DNA of 63,651 bases, filler included, from Atractiella rhizophila (GCA_021432655.1; 7 parts of 7 records of this genome joined end to end with filler, not necessarily neighbours in it), one strand, 5' to 3'; positions 25,882-40,020 are shown, counted from the first letter of the whole stretch. Numbers and translations: made by a program. The notes: generated from the letters alone by a model not told the origin.

Positions 25882-26118
25882 TTTCTGGTATCGTGAGCGA
25901 ACAGATGGCAATGGGCAAAGGCGTAACAACTTGAAAGTTAGGAAATGTTTGCAGCTGGCAAAATGACGCAGTTGATGCAGGTTAATGCAACTTGCTACGG
26001 ATGATGTGTATAGGGTTAGGGTCCTGATCTCTAAAATTTCTTTTCTTGCTGATCGGGTTGCCCATCGAATCAATCTCATCCATCCTTTTGAGCTCTTCAG
26101 CGCCTGTTCCACTACGCG

Positions 26119-26959
26119 ATGTTGCTATATACCGATGTTGTCTCAGGTACTATCCTTTGAAGCTCAAATTGAGCCGATGCTGACTTGTGATGCGAAACAG
26201 GCGATGAGCTGATCTCTGATGCCTACAAGGTACGTCTTTCATGTCCAATTAAAAGGAAACAGGGTATTGATAGACTCTCATGTTTCCTTCTTGATTAGCT
26301 TATTGATGTTGATGACATCGTTTACGAAGTCGATGCGGCGATGGTGGTTGTCAAAGAAGGAGAGGTCGACATCGGAGGTTAGGCTCCCATCACCAAAGTT
26401 TTCGCCCGCTCAATTTGTGCAATGCAGCAAATCCTTCCGCCGAAGAAGCGGAAGAAGGCGTCGATTCTACCGAGGAGAAGGTGAACAACATCGCTCACTC
26501 TTTCCGGCTTACATCTACTGCCTTCGACAAGAAGAGCTATATGACTTATCTCAAGGTAGTTTCTGGGTGCAGTTATGTGGAGCAATGTCTAACGAGATCT
26601 GAAGGGATACCTCAAGGCTGTCAAGGCCCACCTTCAGGAGACCAATCCTGATCGTATTCCTATCTTCGAGAAGAAAGCTCAGGAATTTGCCAAAAAGTAC
26701 GCAACAATCCTATCTGTCTGACTTTCACGGCTTGACAGCATTCGGCGCCAGAGTGGTCGCAAATATTAAGGACTACGAATTCTGGACCGGAGAGACCATG
26801 AACCCTGATGGCATGGTGCCTCTCATGAACTACCGAGTTAGTCATCCTGTTTTCTTCGTATGTTCCGACCTCACTCAATGTCTACTCTGATACTAGGAGG
26901 ATGGAGTCACTCCCTACTTCATTTTCTGGAAAGACGGCATGAAGGAGGTCAAGCTCTGA
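26119..26959 (+). CDS. TMA19: Translationally controlled tumour protein (TCTP)
   Basis: Spliced: MLLYTDVVSGDELISDAY, VYEVD, ANPSAEE, FDKKSYMTYLKGYLK, WTGETMNPDGMV, FWKDGMKEVKL. Confidence 0.95.
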
Positions 26960-27678
26960 GCAACCCTTGTCCGCCGCGTTGCATTTTGGATTGGGCCCCG
27001 ATTAATTCATATATCTGTATCGCTGTTGTTTATTCCTCGTGGTATGGTCTGGGAAATGGTCTGATAGAGGCTTTGGAAAATGTTGTTGAAAAGAGCGTGT
27101 CGATTCAGCTAGCCGAATTGCATCATCCTGTCTACACCATCACTCTGGTTGGAAGAAGTTGGGAACAGTCAGGAACAGCTATACGAGACCAGTCTCGTGT
27201 CACGCAACTGTATAAAGTCCGCAATGACAGCTATCAATGCCCCTGGCAGGTCCTGAGCATGAAACCTCTTGAATAGCACACAGCAGTCTATAGTGCTGAG
27301 AGTAGTGTTGAAGCATTATGTTAACTCGAGCGATTTATTTGCTGCCAGACCCATGTCACGGGGTCGATTCTGGGCTGTTGGAGTTGTTCGTATTTATATG
27401 TTAAGGCCAAAGGTATGATAGCTCACGACTTGCGATCATGTCGAGTACGTTATCCTAAGCTTCCACATCTTGGCTCGGGTCAGTTGTGGGTTGCTTTTTC
27501 AAGGGCACACTCCCTGGCCGCCATGACATGGTGCGGCAGAAATCTTCTCCAGTATCTCAACTCCCCGCATACGACGGCAAGAAGATGCCTGCTGTCTACC
27601 GAGTGGAATTATATAAATACTCCATGCACCTAGCCCTTGAAGCCCATCTAGGCAGTCAATCAAGCTAAGGCATTCCTC

Positions 27679-29161
27679 ATGAAAGGCAAAATCATACTCG
27701 AGGAAGCTTTTCAACTTCCTGAACTGTAAGTGTTCTGATCATTAGTCCGTTGTGATGTTCGGGAAGGCTGTAATGACGAGCAACAGGCGCGAAGAAGCGA
27801 AAGGTTATGCTGGTCCTAATGGTGTAGACCTCTTGGAGACCCAGCTTGTCGAACTGGACAATCGGCTTGCTATGATGGACGAAGCTGGCGTGGAGTTCCA
27901 AGTCCTCTCCCTCACCTCCCCTGGTCCGCAAGGCATTACGGATCCTGAGAAAGCAGCCGCTCTTGCAGTGAGAGGAAACGAGTGCGAGATTTCGCCCGTT
28001 TCGCGTATTCGATGTTAATATGTGCTAACAGTTACATTGCTGAATTCGTGGCCAAGCACCCCACTCGTTTCTCTGCTCTGGCTAGCCTCGCGATGCATGA
28101 CCCGCATGTTGCTGCCAAAGAGGCTCGAAGAGCGATCAAAGAACTTGGTCTTTGTGGAATCATTTTGAATGACTTCCAGAGTGCTGGTGATGGAAACGAG
28201 ATGATTTTTTATGATGATCCAAAGTGAGTGTTACCTATGACAGGTCACTTGAAAACTAAAGGTGGTAACTAGATTTGATCCATTCTGGTAAGCCACGCTT
28301 GTGATAAATGACAGGAACCGTAGTTTAATATTTATTTGTGCTAAAGGAAAGAGATTCAAGAACTCGACGTCCCAGTGTACATGCACCCACGAATTGCAAC
28401 ACCTTTGATCTTTAAGGTAAGACTCGTGGTTTCCTGCCTTGACGAAGCTAAGCTGAATCACTGCCGTGATTTAGCAACTATATGCGAAACGACGATGGTT
28501 AGCTGCATCCGCATGGGGTTTCGCATCACAGCTTTCTCTGCACGTTCTTGGTATCATCACCTCAGGAGTCTTCGACAGATTCCCAAAGGTTGGAATTTCC
28601 TCCATGTGACATGTTTGCAGCAAATTTGTTCATGATTCCCGGTAATCCATCAGGTTCAAATGATTATTGGGCATCTTGGAGAACATATACCTGCGGACTT
28701 GGAAAGACTAGACGTAAATTTCGATCCCTTGATGTTACGATGAATGTTCATTGTTCGACCAGCATCGACTCGATAGAGATCGCTTTCAAGACCTTCCCAT
28801 GAACCCCCACAAGCTGGTGCGCGACTACTTCGCAACGAATGTCCACATCACGGTATGGTTCAATATACTCGCTTAGTGCAGCCTCTTAATTAAATTGTGA
28901 AGACTTCAGGCAATTTCTCAACGCGAACACTTATCTCTTGCATGACTGAACTCTCCAGTGACCGTTGTATGTTCTCCGTTGATTATCCTTATGGTGCGCT
29001 TTCTTCGTCCGTCCGTTGCATCTGTTTGATTAATTCTCCGTCATCACAGAGGACAGCCTGCTGGAAGGCTGCACATGGATGGATGAGCTTGAAATTTCGC
29101 ATATCGACAAGTTGAAGATCGCTCGAACGAACGCCATCAAGCTGTTGAAACTTGATCGCGC
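27679..29161 (+). CDS. Amidohydrolase-2 family, 2,3-dihydroxybenzoate/gamma-resorcylate decarboxylase-like; 3' end at linker
   Basis: KIILEEAF, MDEAGVEFQVLSLTSPG, DVPVYMHPR, SGVFDRFPK, IIGHLGEHIP, TSGNFST, FSVDYPYE. Confidence 0.88.
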
Positions 29162-30751
29162 NNNNNNNNNNNNNNNNNNNNNNNNNNNNNNNNNNNNNNN
29201 NNNNNTTAATTAATTAANNNNNNNNNNNNNNNNNNNNNNNNNNNNNNNNNNNNNNNNNNNNACAGGGCTATCGTTAATCAAAGTCATAGCCATTATCTGC
29301 TCTTACATCGCCGGCATCGTTGCTTTCACGGCTGGTATGGTCGGATTTGTGCACACAAGGGAATTCGTTTATTGGCCAGCGCTCCTTTGATCTCTTTCAG
29401 TCTTGGATTCAATTCACTTCAAGCGGTTTTTGTTACAGTTTGTTTCACAACGCAGCGGTACATCTGATAATATATAAACAAAAAGATGAGGCAGCACGAA
29501 ATGAGAAGAATATGAGCTACCGCTTCAGCTCGTGCTAGCCAGGATCAGTCCTGATCATTCTGCCTGTATCAACGCTTACTCCAACAGAAGTTTGAATATC
29601 TTGTTCTTTACCGCTAAAGTAGAAGTTTTCAAGAGTGGCGAAAGAACCTTTTGCATCAAATGTTGGGGCTGAGCCACACCGATCATCGAGTCCCTTGCTA
29701 GAATCCTCAGTAATTGTAATGGGCTGGCCATCAAGTTTGCCTCAGGGATATCCTCCGCATAACTGTACTCCAGATCTTATGCAGACAATTGCTCGAAGTC
29801 GAGAATGAGGGCTTGTTCAAGCTCGAAAAGTTTCCGGTCAGCGGGACTACAATCGCACAGCCCTATCCTACCTGACACATCCTCAAGTATTCCTTTGGGA
29901 TGACGCACTGTATGACAACGCGGCAAGCAAGAACGTGTTCATCACTCCAACCTGACAAATCTACTTCGAAATTCTTTGCCGTACGGTGAGGTGAGATTGC
30001 GCCGTGTAAGCGCAGGCAGTGTTGATGCGTCACCGATATATCTGCGATAAAACCTGTTCTCGAAAAGTTCTGGTTTGCGAATGGAACGAGGCTGTCGAGT
30101 GATGAGGTGGCGGGGAGACACTTGGCGTGCTCTTGCAGCGTTACGGCGTGCTTTGCGCTTTCCATTGGCCCTATTCGAGGTACGAGGGCCGCTCAGCTTC
30201 AATGGCGTGTTTGCTGGCGAGGAAAAACTGTCGACGGAGGTATGGGTCGTCGCTGTCTGTGTCGTAGGATCATCATGATGTTACCTTTCGAACTGTGTTC
30301 TTATTAGGATATTTTTGTTGTTCGTGACCACTGTAATTGGACGGGCTACGAGCATCCTAACAGGAGGTGGAACGGAAGAAAGTAGAAACGAAACATTCAA
30401 GCCGTACCTACATTTATTACTCGAACATGACAGCACACGGTGCACTTCTCAGTCGATCGCTGGAATATTGGAAATGGCTTGAAGAAAATAGTGCGGGAAT
30501 GATACAGTGCAGGTGCGCGAAACCTTGTCGATTTCTGTGAACGAGACAGGAGCAAAGCTTAGGTTGAAACGGGTTGAAAACCCAAAGGTTTAAGCAACCC
30601 TTCCCGCTCTTTTATTCCAAGTTGCCCCTCAGTTGCCTGGAGTTACTATAATTCTAGTTATGCCTTCCTTTGTGATATCCAACTGAACATAATTGCGCCG
30701 CAAAGTATACACAGAGAAAGACGAAAGACCTCAAGTGGATAACTGCGTATG

Positions 30752-31328
30752 TTATCGCCTCTGCTCGCTATCATGATGACGAGCTTTCAATTCCTTCGCA
30801 AATTTCTTCATCCTCCCAATCTTCGCTTCACCTGAAAGCACATATTTGAATAGTGCTATAAGCGCCTTTAGGCCATCCCTTCTTCCCTCTGGCAGCGCAA
30901 GGTCAAACTCCTCACTCTGAAGAAAGTAGACCAACGAGTCTGTTGGGAGGACGGGATTCTTCATTGCTCCTAGAATGGTTCTGAAGGGAAGAAAGCCGAA
31001 GAGATGTGCATCCGAGTGTGATTCATGCCAATGATGAATGCCTTAGCAGGGTTGAGTGAATCCGTATCTAATCGGCGAACAAGCATACCTCATGATCACC
31101 AACTCCATAAACTTTGCCGTTCGCCGTGAGCTGCCCCAACATCATGCCAAGCTCTTGCGCATGGGAAGGAGGACTCGGAACATCTTTTCCCTTCAAATGT
31201 AGAGATTCTGACGGCCGGGGGGGAGGTGTTGGTGTTGATATGATCGAACTGACATCCGAGTCAGGGTGCTGGCGCTGGTGTTCGCGTTTCTCTTCGTTTT
31301 CTTCGTGAAAATGATGACGATCTGCCAT
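30752..31328 (-). CDS. Small protein homologous to the C-terminal domain of the divergent neighbour; one frameshift (possible pseudogene)
   Basis: Exon 1 ends ...VGDHE, intron 31042-31088, exon 2 AFIIGMNHTRMHISSAFF. A frameshift near 30975 is followed by QSEEFDLALPEGRRDGLKALIALFKY. Confidence 0.55.
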
Positions 31329-31742
31329 CTCCTCCGACCAACGCCGCCCTTCAGCAAAGGACCGACGATGCTAAAGGACATTCAGTTCAACTGGAGCGTG
31401 CGACATAAATGCTCTTACTTGGAAGTAAAATCCAATCACTGGCACATGTTCTTCTTTGTCGAAAAGAACACTTTCATATTCAGTCAGATTTTGGAATATA
31501 ACTGAGGCATAACTCGATAGCTTCCAATTCGTTTTGCCTCCCAGGGTAACGCTTTTTTCCACATGTTCCTTGGTGCTGCTGGAAGCGTGAGTGGTGAGTT
31601 TGTTGAGTATAATGCTTACCTCAAGCGAAGTTTAAACTTTTTCTCTCCCACTTCTAACTCACACTCATTACAGAGACCCCAAATAATTTGGCCGATCAGT
31701 GATTGCGCAAGGCGCACACCAGACATCGACTCGGAACGCAAT

Positions 31743-33775
31743 ATGGACTTCAGAGTCACCAAAGGGGCGGCCATCAACGTGCCCGTTGGAAGTGTTGCCT
31801 CATAGCCGTATTCTAGCTCTTCCAAAGAGGGTCGTTCAAAATCTTCTATAATCTGGTTCTCGATCTCTGCACCCCTACTGATTTAGCTATTTTCCCTTTC
31901 TGCCATGAAACACACCTGACAGATGATCAAAGAATTCCGCTGGAATCACCCGCCGTATCGGTAGTGCTGTCAAGGGCACAACCCAATACACGTTGGATAG
32001 GTGCGGTCCTCTCAAATGAGACTGCTGGCGAAGCAGTATACAAGCCATGGCCAGAGGTCAAGGACGGCGCGGAGGCTTGGATCACAGCGTACCGTGGAGG
32101 GGATCGCAGAGTCCTCCTCAACGAGAAAGTCGTCCGGAGTGGAAGTAACTGGACTCAGCTGAACCTTCGAGCGTTGCACGTTATTCCATACTGTGGACAG
32201 GATATGTCTGCGATGGTGCCAGATTCTGAAGAGTTTGACGCGGCTAGAGGGTCAGACTGTTAGTATCATATCATTGACAGCATAAAGTAGCTACTGAGTG
32301 CGATGTAGTGTTCAAGGAGATTACAGCCGCGATTGCGGAAGAAGACTCATCAAGCGAATACTTGAAAGATTTTCGAAAGGCTTTAATTTTCGCTACGCGA
32401 AAAGGTTTCCGTATTCCTGCAGTTCGCTACGACAAATCTCGACCTCCAGCTGAGGATCCCGATCTGCAGTCCGAGCCAAGCACCCAGGGTTCCCCCCCTC
32501 CTGTTCCGGAAGGAGCGGGAGAAGAGACATCTCTTTTTGCAGTTCTCGAAGTGGACTTGGAAAAGCCGCTTGTCCTCGAACGCAAGAAAACAATCGTGCC
32601 CTCCACTTCCTCAGTCCGAGCTGGCTCGTCTACTAAACCGCCCAAAAAAATCACCCAGGTCAAGGTTCCAGAGCAGGAAACTTCGTATGAGGAAGTCGCA
32701 TACGCGTTCATCCGCCTTGCCTTATTAGCGTGTGGAGCCGTCCCTGGAGAGGAAGCAACGAAGAAGAACATCCTGGCTTGGCCTAATCTGAGGACCAGGG
32801 AGGAGAGGAGGGCGAGAAGGTCTTCCAGAGTGGCAAGGCTTCCGCTGGGGACAAAAAGTCCCGAAGAATTTGTTTGGCTAGGACTGAGGTAGGTGCTGTC
32901 CTAACTATGAGGTGCAGCAGCTGATGCAGCCCAATCGCTGCTGCAGTCGACATCGTCAGGCCACTAATTGGGTGATGGGGGGCCAAAGGAAGGGTGGTCA
33001 CGGCAAACCAGACCAACTATACGTTTCCAGGACTGATGGAGCCATCGTAGTCATGCTGCTTGCGCCGGAAAGTTCTTCCAGGGCGCAACCAAGCCCAGTT
33101 ATTCCGAAAGGGGAAGAAGCAGAAGTCGAAGCTGAAACGGAGGACAACAAGGAAATCACGGTTAAAGATGCCCTTGCACCATTAAGAGATGCGACTCCAG
33201 AGGAAAGGGTCGTTCACCATCAAGGCAAGGAACGGTTGGTGGTGGCTGCAGAGTCGCAACCTGTCATCCAAATCGAAGTACGTTCTCACTGATTCTGGTA
33301 TCTCCGTTGACGCTCGACAGACCAAAACGAGTAAACATACTCCGTATCAGATGCTGCCCCAACAAGATGCAGAACTGATCGCCAGGGCACTGAAGCCATT
33401 AAAGGACCAGAAATACATCGATTTGAGCAAGTGTACCGACTTTTATCCCCAAGACGAAGTGAGTGACGGATTAACCTTCGTCTCAAAAAAATCTAAGCCG
33501 ATGTATTGTCTTAGGCTTGGCTAATTTCCTTTCGAGGTTTACACATGCACTTCGTGAAGACTATCTTCACAGCAGACTACCTCGCTGCTCTGGTGAGAAA
33601 GCAAGACCTTGAAGATCTCTATCGAGACGATTTCCAGAGCAAAGAACTAGATATTCTAGACCCAGGGGAGCGCGCTGATGCTTTCTATTATCTAACCAAG
33701 CTTTTGTGTTACCATAGATCGCCCAAAGCGAGACAAAACATGCGTGTGCTTCATAATGCATACAAGAGTCTGTAA
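31743..33775 (+). CDS. Multi-exon protein with a putative PD-(D/E)xK restriction-endonuclease-like C-terminal domain; exon 1 interrupted
   Basis: Spliced motifs ETSYEEVAYAF...YVSRTDGAIVV...PVIQIE|TK...PQQDAELIA...PQDE|AWLIS. Introns 33278-33320 and 33459-33514. In-frame TAG or indel near 31803. Confidence 0.55.
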
Positions 33776-34031
33776 TCGTTCAGTTCATATGGTCTTCTGT
33801 CCTCGTTTCCTCCTTCGTGGATACAAGTGGGCACCCTCATGATTGGTTCCCTTTCTTCACTACTCCATCGATGTCGAACAACATTCTTGTTATGTATTTA
33901 CCAGATTCCTCGACTGTGTTGTAATGCGTCATAAGTGACTTTACATCACAGGCTGAAATTGGACAATCAACAAACATTGAAGTAAAGAACGAAATTAAAT
34001 CGAGTCCATTGTCCATCCACAATTCACAATA

Positions 34032-35356
34032 TTACTCCTCAGCGAAGGGGCTGGGGTCGATCCTATATTCCCTCTTCTTGGGATAAGCGGATCCAGCGAT
34101 GGAAGTTGTCGTGGTGCAGCTGTACGTCTTAGTGGTCGGGTGGGCAGCAGGAGTGGTTTTGTCACCCTGGTGGAAGGTTGACGTTCCATAAACACCGGGA
34201 GTGAGAGGATCAGAACCCTGGCACTTGTCGAAGTAGCCGACGTCGTAGTTTCCGGGGTCGTTCCATTCACTGCCCAGCTCGTCGTAGATGTGAGGACAGT
34301 AAGCCTTCTCTCTGCCAGTTCCGGGAATGCACACCTATCCATTCATGCCTTGTCAGCTTAACAGCGCAAAAGCGGACATGGGGGGTGGACAAACGCGAAT
34401 GGAAAGCGTGTTGTAATCGATGAACTCGTGCCATTCCGCATATTGGACTTTCTTGCCTTTAAGAGAACCGATGACGAGGCCGCCTATTCCACAGGGTAAG
34501 ACAAGGTGGCATCAGACCTATCGAAAAGAGCCGGAGTAAAGGAAGGAAGAAGGTGGACGGACCAATGGGATTGCCCTTGCCGCTGGGACCATGAGGATCA
34601 AGCTCTCCTCCCTCGTCGCCCTTCAACACGTTGACTTTGGTGAAGTCGCCGGTACAGGTGATTTGGAGGAATGACTTGGTTTGCAACCAGTGGCATCTAT
34701 TTGAAAGAGATAGTGTTAGAGGAGACGGCTGATACTGGGAGGAAAAGCACGACATACCCTTTCAAAGTCCCGGCAGGAATGAGCCTCGCACCGTGACCTA
34801 TTCAGTCGAATCTTTATCAGGGATGTACTGTCACATTCAAAGCACGAACCAGGTTTAGTGCACCAAGCTACCTGTTCACAAATCACTCATTTAAGCCTTC
34901 GTTCCGACTAAAAGGTAAGCAAGGAAGACGCACAACAGTCTCTTCGACGTCGCCGATTGTCTTACCCTTGCTCTGAGGAGCGAACATGCCTGTCGCGACC
35001 CCAATCAGCTTGAGCGATGGGGGATGGGAAGAGAAGGCACGGACACCAATCGTCGATGCTGTATATCCAGGCAGTTTGACACTTGCTATCAGACAGCAGA
35101 ACGCTTCAGTAACTTGCCGAAGAGGAGTATACCAGAAACAGACCTGGAAGCGCTGTCAACAGTCCCACAGTCGTTGTACCCGCTTTGTCCCTTCCCACCA
35201 GGAATCATCAGTCCCCCTTGCTCCATGGAAACACCGCCTGAAACTCACTTCTTCGCTCTGATGAGGAAGATTGTTGGGGTCGACAATTGCACCGGCCTTG
35301 ACGAAGTTGAGCAGTGTGCCCGCGAGAGCAACAGTTAGAAGGGTGGATTTGAACAT
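34032..35356 (-). CDS. Secreted Cys-rich glycoprotein of the MP88/macrophage-activating glycoprotein family
   Basis: Signal peptide; CQTAWIYSIDDWCLFAP, VAWCTKPGHGARLIPAGT, GGELDPHG, CPHIYDELG. Confidence 0.8.
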
Positions 35357-35694
35357 GTTTAGTGGGTTGAGGTAAAGAATGTGAGGCTAACGAGTGTTAG
35401 ATTATGAAGAATTAGGTAGATTCCCAGGTTCAAAGCTGAAAGAGTCGAGAGAGGCTCGTGAGCTCGATCGAAGGGAATGGAGACAAATCAGAACGACCTG
35501 ATGCTTTTTATATCCTCAGCGATCGGTAGAAAGAAAGTTGAAATTTTGAAACCCCGCTTTCCATCCGATCTTCCCAGTTCACCTTCTTATTCGACTCCCT
35601 TTTACTGCTTCTTTTCCTTGTTGTAGGCTGAGCGCTGAGCAAGAACCTTGCGATAAGAATTATTGCGAAGTCATTCGAGCCCAAGAGAAATTGA

Positions 35695-36099
35695 ATGTCC
35701 ATTTGTAAACCAACTCCCTCGACACTTCGTCTCCTACTACGCGTCACTCCAAACGCTCGCCGTACCTCCATTTCTGCTCCCTCAAGTTTTGAAAGGGCAG
35801 AGGCGGTCGCGCTACGCGTAGCGGCACCTCCAAGGGATGGAGAGGCGAATGAAGAGGTCATCAAGTTCATCTCCAAGGTAAACCTTGTCGCCTATTCATC
35901 ATTTCTAGAGGAAGTAGAAAGGTTGACGCGTTCTTGGATGGTTGGGGCGCACCGGTTCCATTAGGCGCTCAGTTGCAGCAAAGGATCAATACAGATTGTC
36001 AAAGGTTTGAAGGGGAGGGATAAAGTTGTCCAAATTGAAGGTGTGCACAAAGAGGTGGAGGAGGTTCGGAAGCTCTTGGAGGGATTAGTCGACAGATGA
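35695..36099 (+). CDS. DUF167/YggU (UPF0235) protein
   Basis: LRVTPNA...VAAPPRDGEANEEVIKFISK|AL...IVKGLKGRDKVV, one intron. Confidence 0.85.
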
Positions 36100-36649
36100 G
36101 TCTGAAAACAGTTCAAGTGTCAATGGCTACTACGTCCACAAGATAACGAGTCGGAATACGAATGAAATGCATGAATGATGTTCAACTACTAGTATAGATA
36201 GATCTACTTCTGTGCTACCATGAGGAAGATGTTTTGGTTTGTGATGACACTGCGAAAACTCTGCAAAAACACCATGAGACGAAACATTGTTAAGAACATG
36301 ATCTGAGAGAGAGTTTGAGTCAAGTAAAGGCAGAAGAACATGTAGTGAATGCTGCAAGAGCAATACATATCTTAATCGAACGAGAAATGACGACTATCAC
36401 AAAATTAGACGAAAAATAAGCACAGCATTCGAATGTTAGAAGAGACAGCTTTCGTCTGTTCAATTAACAGAGGCAATGCGCCAATGTCCAAGAAGGGAAA
36501 AGGACATGATATGGCTGAGCCGGCGTAGGCCAAAACTAGCTCCAATTTTGGGTCGACGTTAGGCTGTTTTGAGAATAGATTTTCCCTGACGAAAGAAAGC
36601 AGATGGGAGAGGGGCACACTGGAGCGGTCTGGATTGTCCAAGTGTACGG

Positions 36650-38300
36650 TCATGTGGCTACCTCTTCTTCAACCCCACCTCCTTTTCGAGATGAATCTAA
36701 CTTGAAGCCCATCCATCCCTCATCCCCTTCCTCTGCTTCTTCCGCACTAGATATATTCGACATTTGATCCAGCGAGGCGTCATCCCTTCTCAAGACAGAG
36801 CTAAGGTCACCGTCACCAGTAGAAGTTTCCATCGGTGTAAATCGACAGGTGACACCAGCAAGTCCACAAGCAGAACACCGATTACGTGTGCACACTCGGT
36901 TGAAGCGGCTGTTAAAGAACGCACATCTTCAGTCAGACAAAGAAAGGTCGAAGGCACATGGAGTACATAACATACCGACAGGCATTGCAGCTCTCTTCTT
37001 TCTCATCCTCGGCGCCTTCACGTCGAGTCTGGGGGTTCGTCACGCTCACTGGCCAACTGCACGAGGTCTTGTTCCATACGCAGGGAATACAGGACGCCGT
37101 ATCCTGCGGTCTATTGCCATGTTCCGGTCCACAGTACTTATTCAACCGCCTAGAGGCTCATCAGCCTCTTTAAAGTACTAATGCCTCAGACATTCAGTGG
37201 GAAACGCACCGGCAACGATCACACTTCTCCTCTAATGATTGTACCCCACGAGCTTTACGAATACCCTTGGCACTGTGTCATTCCACTTAGCTCTAATTCC
37301 CGAGAGCAGACACCTGAGGACGCTTACCCTTGTTTAGAAGTTGTTGCGGTGCGTTTCTGTTTTACTAAGGTTTGCTTCTGGTTAGAGCGGCGACGCTTCG
37401 GCGAAGGTCCGGGAGAAGGTTTGGGAGGAGGAGCTTGTGAAGGTCGTGCTTCTTTGAGAAGTACATCGATCCAGTCCAACGGAGGGTTCCGAGCAGTCTT
37501 CGGCGCAAGCGGAAAGCTGAACCTCGGCTCAGAGGTTGCAAGAGGCGGTAGCAAGTGGGTTTGAGCAGCAGAGGATGTCGACGCCCCAACTAGTGGGAGA
37601 CGCAAGGACGTTTTCGCTTGAACCCACTGGTTATTTGGACCTGGCACCTGCGAAGGAGCAACGGGCTCAGGACTACGCTTTCGCTTTCCGAGGACCGATT
37701 GGTGTAGAGTCGCCGTCGTGACCTGTGACACCCTCACTGTATAAAGAGCGATTAGGGAACGAACGAATGTTGAGAAAGAGGGACGGACCAAGAGGCGGCC
37801 ACTCTCTGTCTTGCTCCATCTCTGAATCCAAATTTTCCGTATACCTGCCATGATAATCACTTCACCAAGACGAACTTCTACTCCGATAAACGCCTACCCA
37901 TCTGGAAAATCGCTCTCGCTGTCGGTTTCGCTGGACGATAGAATGTATGGAAGCCCGCGATTTTGCCCCGGGTGCAGCATTCTGTCTTTCGATGAGCACA
38001 ATTCTCATATTGAGGAAAGCTTAAATACCCGATTCCCTGCAGGTTCATTATTCTGCGCTCTTCCAAGTGCGACGGGCAGGTGTACAGTCGGCCTCCCCAC
38101 CAAGACGGCTTGCAGGTCCGCTGTGCTCAAGGATGAGTGCCCCACCTCTGGATTTACAACTAAAACCAACCTGATTCGCCACACATGACCCTTAATACAA
38201 GCTCAATCAGTTTTTATCAGAGATCGAAAGGCAACGAACCGCAGGGTGATTGTTCCTGGAAGGTGCAACGGGTCTTTATGGTGGCGCAAGCCTTGCAGGT
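36650..38300 (-). pseudogene. Degenerate multi-exon gene of unknown function (Pro/basic region and Cys-rich segment)
   Basis: Coding-like stretches (LGKRKRSPEP, CTRNRCSACGLAGVTCRF) broken by stops; no family recognised. Confidence 0.3.
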
Positions 38301-39431
38301 CAATGAATGTACGTCCGTAACCTCGCATTGAAGCTATGTCAGGGAATAAACGTCAGGTTAAGCTGTTCCTATCCTACTAGACCTTACCTGTCTGCTGATG
38401 CAGGAGTCTAGTGCAACATCAGGCATCAGGCTCCATCCCTTGATTAACAGGATGTCGACTTACCACATTTCAATTGGTTTGGAAGTGTGCAGTCTCGTCC
38501 AAGTTTACACTGAGCGCTCTCGTGAGCCTTTTCTTACAGCGTGGAGGAGCAGAAGCCCACGCATTCTTCACAGCGGAAGCGATCATTTGCCAATGGCTTG
38601 CATATTAGCTAGAGATATGCCCATAAGCAAAGTACCAAGTGAATACACGTAGATGCACTAGCCTTGTTGGCAACGCAAAAGCCTGCCAGGGGAGAACCCA
38701 CATTACCCAAAGCCATTCTCAACAAAGAAACGGCTCACCGCAGGACTGGTTTGGCTCTCCACGCTCCATCAAGTATCCCCTGAACCTCTAAGCTATAGCG
38801 AGACGTGCGTAATCATCAGCTGGATGAGGTGAAAGGAAGAGCAGATGAAACGAAAGACAAAAGGGTCAAGGCAAGCAAACAATAACAAAGCAAAGTTTAG
38901 CAGGATCTAGATCCAGATCTCGATCAAAGTTCCGTCCGAAACTTTGAAAATAAACCTTACTGTAAACATCTTTCGACCAGACCATGCTTCATCACAAATT
39001 TGCTGGTTGCGCTCAGTTACCAAGAAGCGTCGTCAGCGGATGAAGGATACACAGATGGAGATCGTGTATTGGCAGATCAAATGTGAGTTATCGAAGCTGA
39101 ATAAGACTCGAATTAGGATTTATCAATACTGGACCAAAGCACAATCAACTAAACCCCATGAAAACATTGTTGGAATTGACCTAGCATCCCATAGCAGACA
39201 TTCACCTATTATTACCAAAAGCAATTAAGAAAATAATACTAATTAGTTCTCGAAATTGTGTACAGCTGTTACCATGATTGAATGGATTGGCATTATGGAA
39301 AACCACTCATAGCTCACGCACTTATGTACAGCGGATGAGCATGTAACAGCATAAGGATACGAGAATGGTGGTATACCCAAGATCCGCAAGTTGGTTGAAT
39401 GGCAAAGTGCGCTGATACCTTCGAATTCTGT

Positions 39432-40020
39432 CTAATCTTCGAACATCACTTGATTGATCAGGCCAAGCGGCAAATCATGCGTGGGCGGAATGCCCCCTCT
39501 TTGTAGCAGTTTCACATCTTCAACAAGCTCGTCGAAAGAGGGAATCACCGCATGGCAGTCTGTCTCACCCCATGCATCAGCTGAACCACTTTCGTGAGCC
39601 AGGAATGGAAAAACGAACCCGTGACTGTGCATATATCGTCAATAGCGGGAGTATGCATGATGTTGATGCCCAAGTACCAAACATATACCATACCAAAAAA
39701 GACGACCGTCCATGACGGAATCAGCAAAGCCCATTCCCGAGAAGGATAATATTGGATACCCAAACTTCTCAGGAAAGAGTCAGGAGCAAAGGCCCAGAAA
39801 AGGTAGAGGTAGAATAGGGACAGTGAAGCGAGGTAGATGAAGAAACCGAGTGATTCGGTGCGTAAAGACTCGAGGGAACGAGGAGGACGTGGATGGGGAC
39901 GTGTCGAGGGGATTGTGCGTGGCGGTGGCTCGAAGAAGGAGAATGAACTGGAGGTCGAGGGCGAGGGATCCGAGCCGTAATCCCTCTCAATCGATGGTGT
40001 AGAGGAACGAGGAATTCTTC
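39432..40020 (-). CDS. GPI19: GPI-GlcNAc transferase subunit PIG-P; start codon not located
   Basis: ESLGFFIYLASLSLFYLYLFWAFAPDSFLRSLGIQYYPSREWALLIPSW...DLPLGLINQVMF. Confidence 0.85.
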
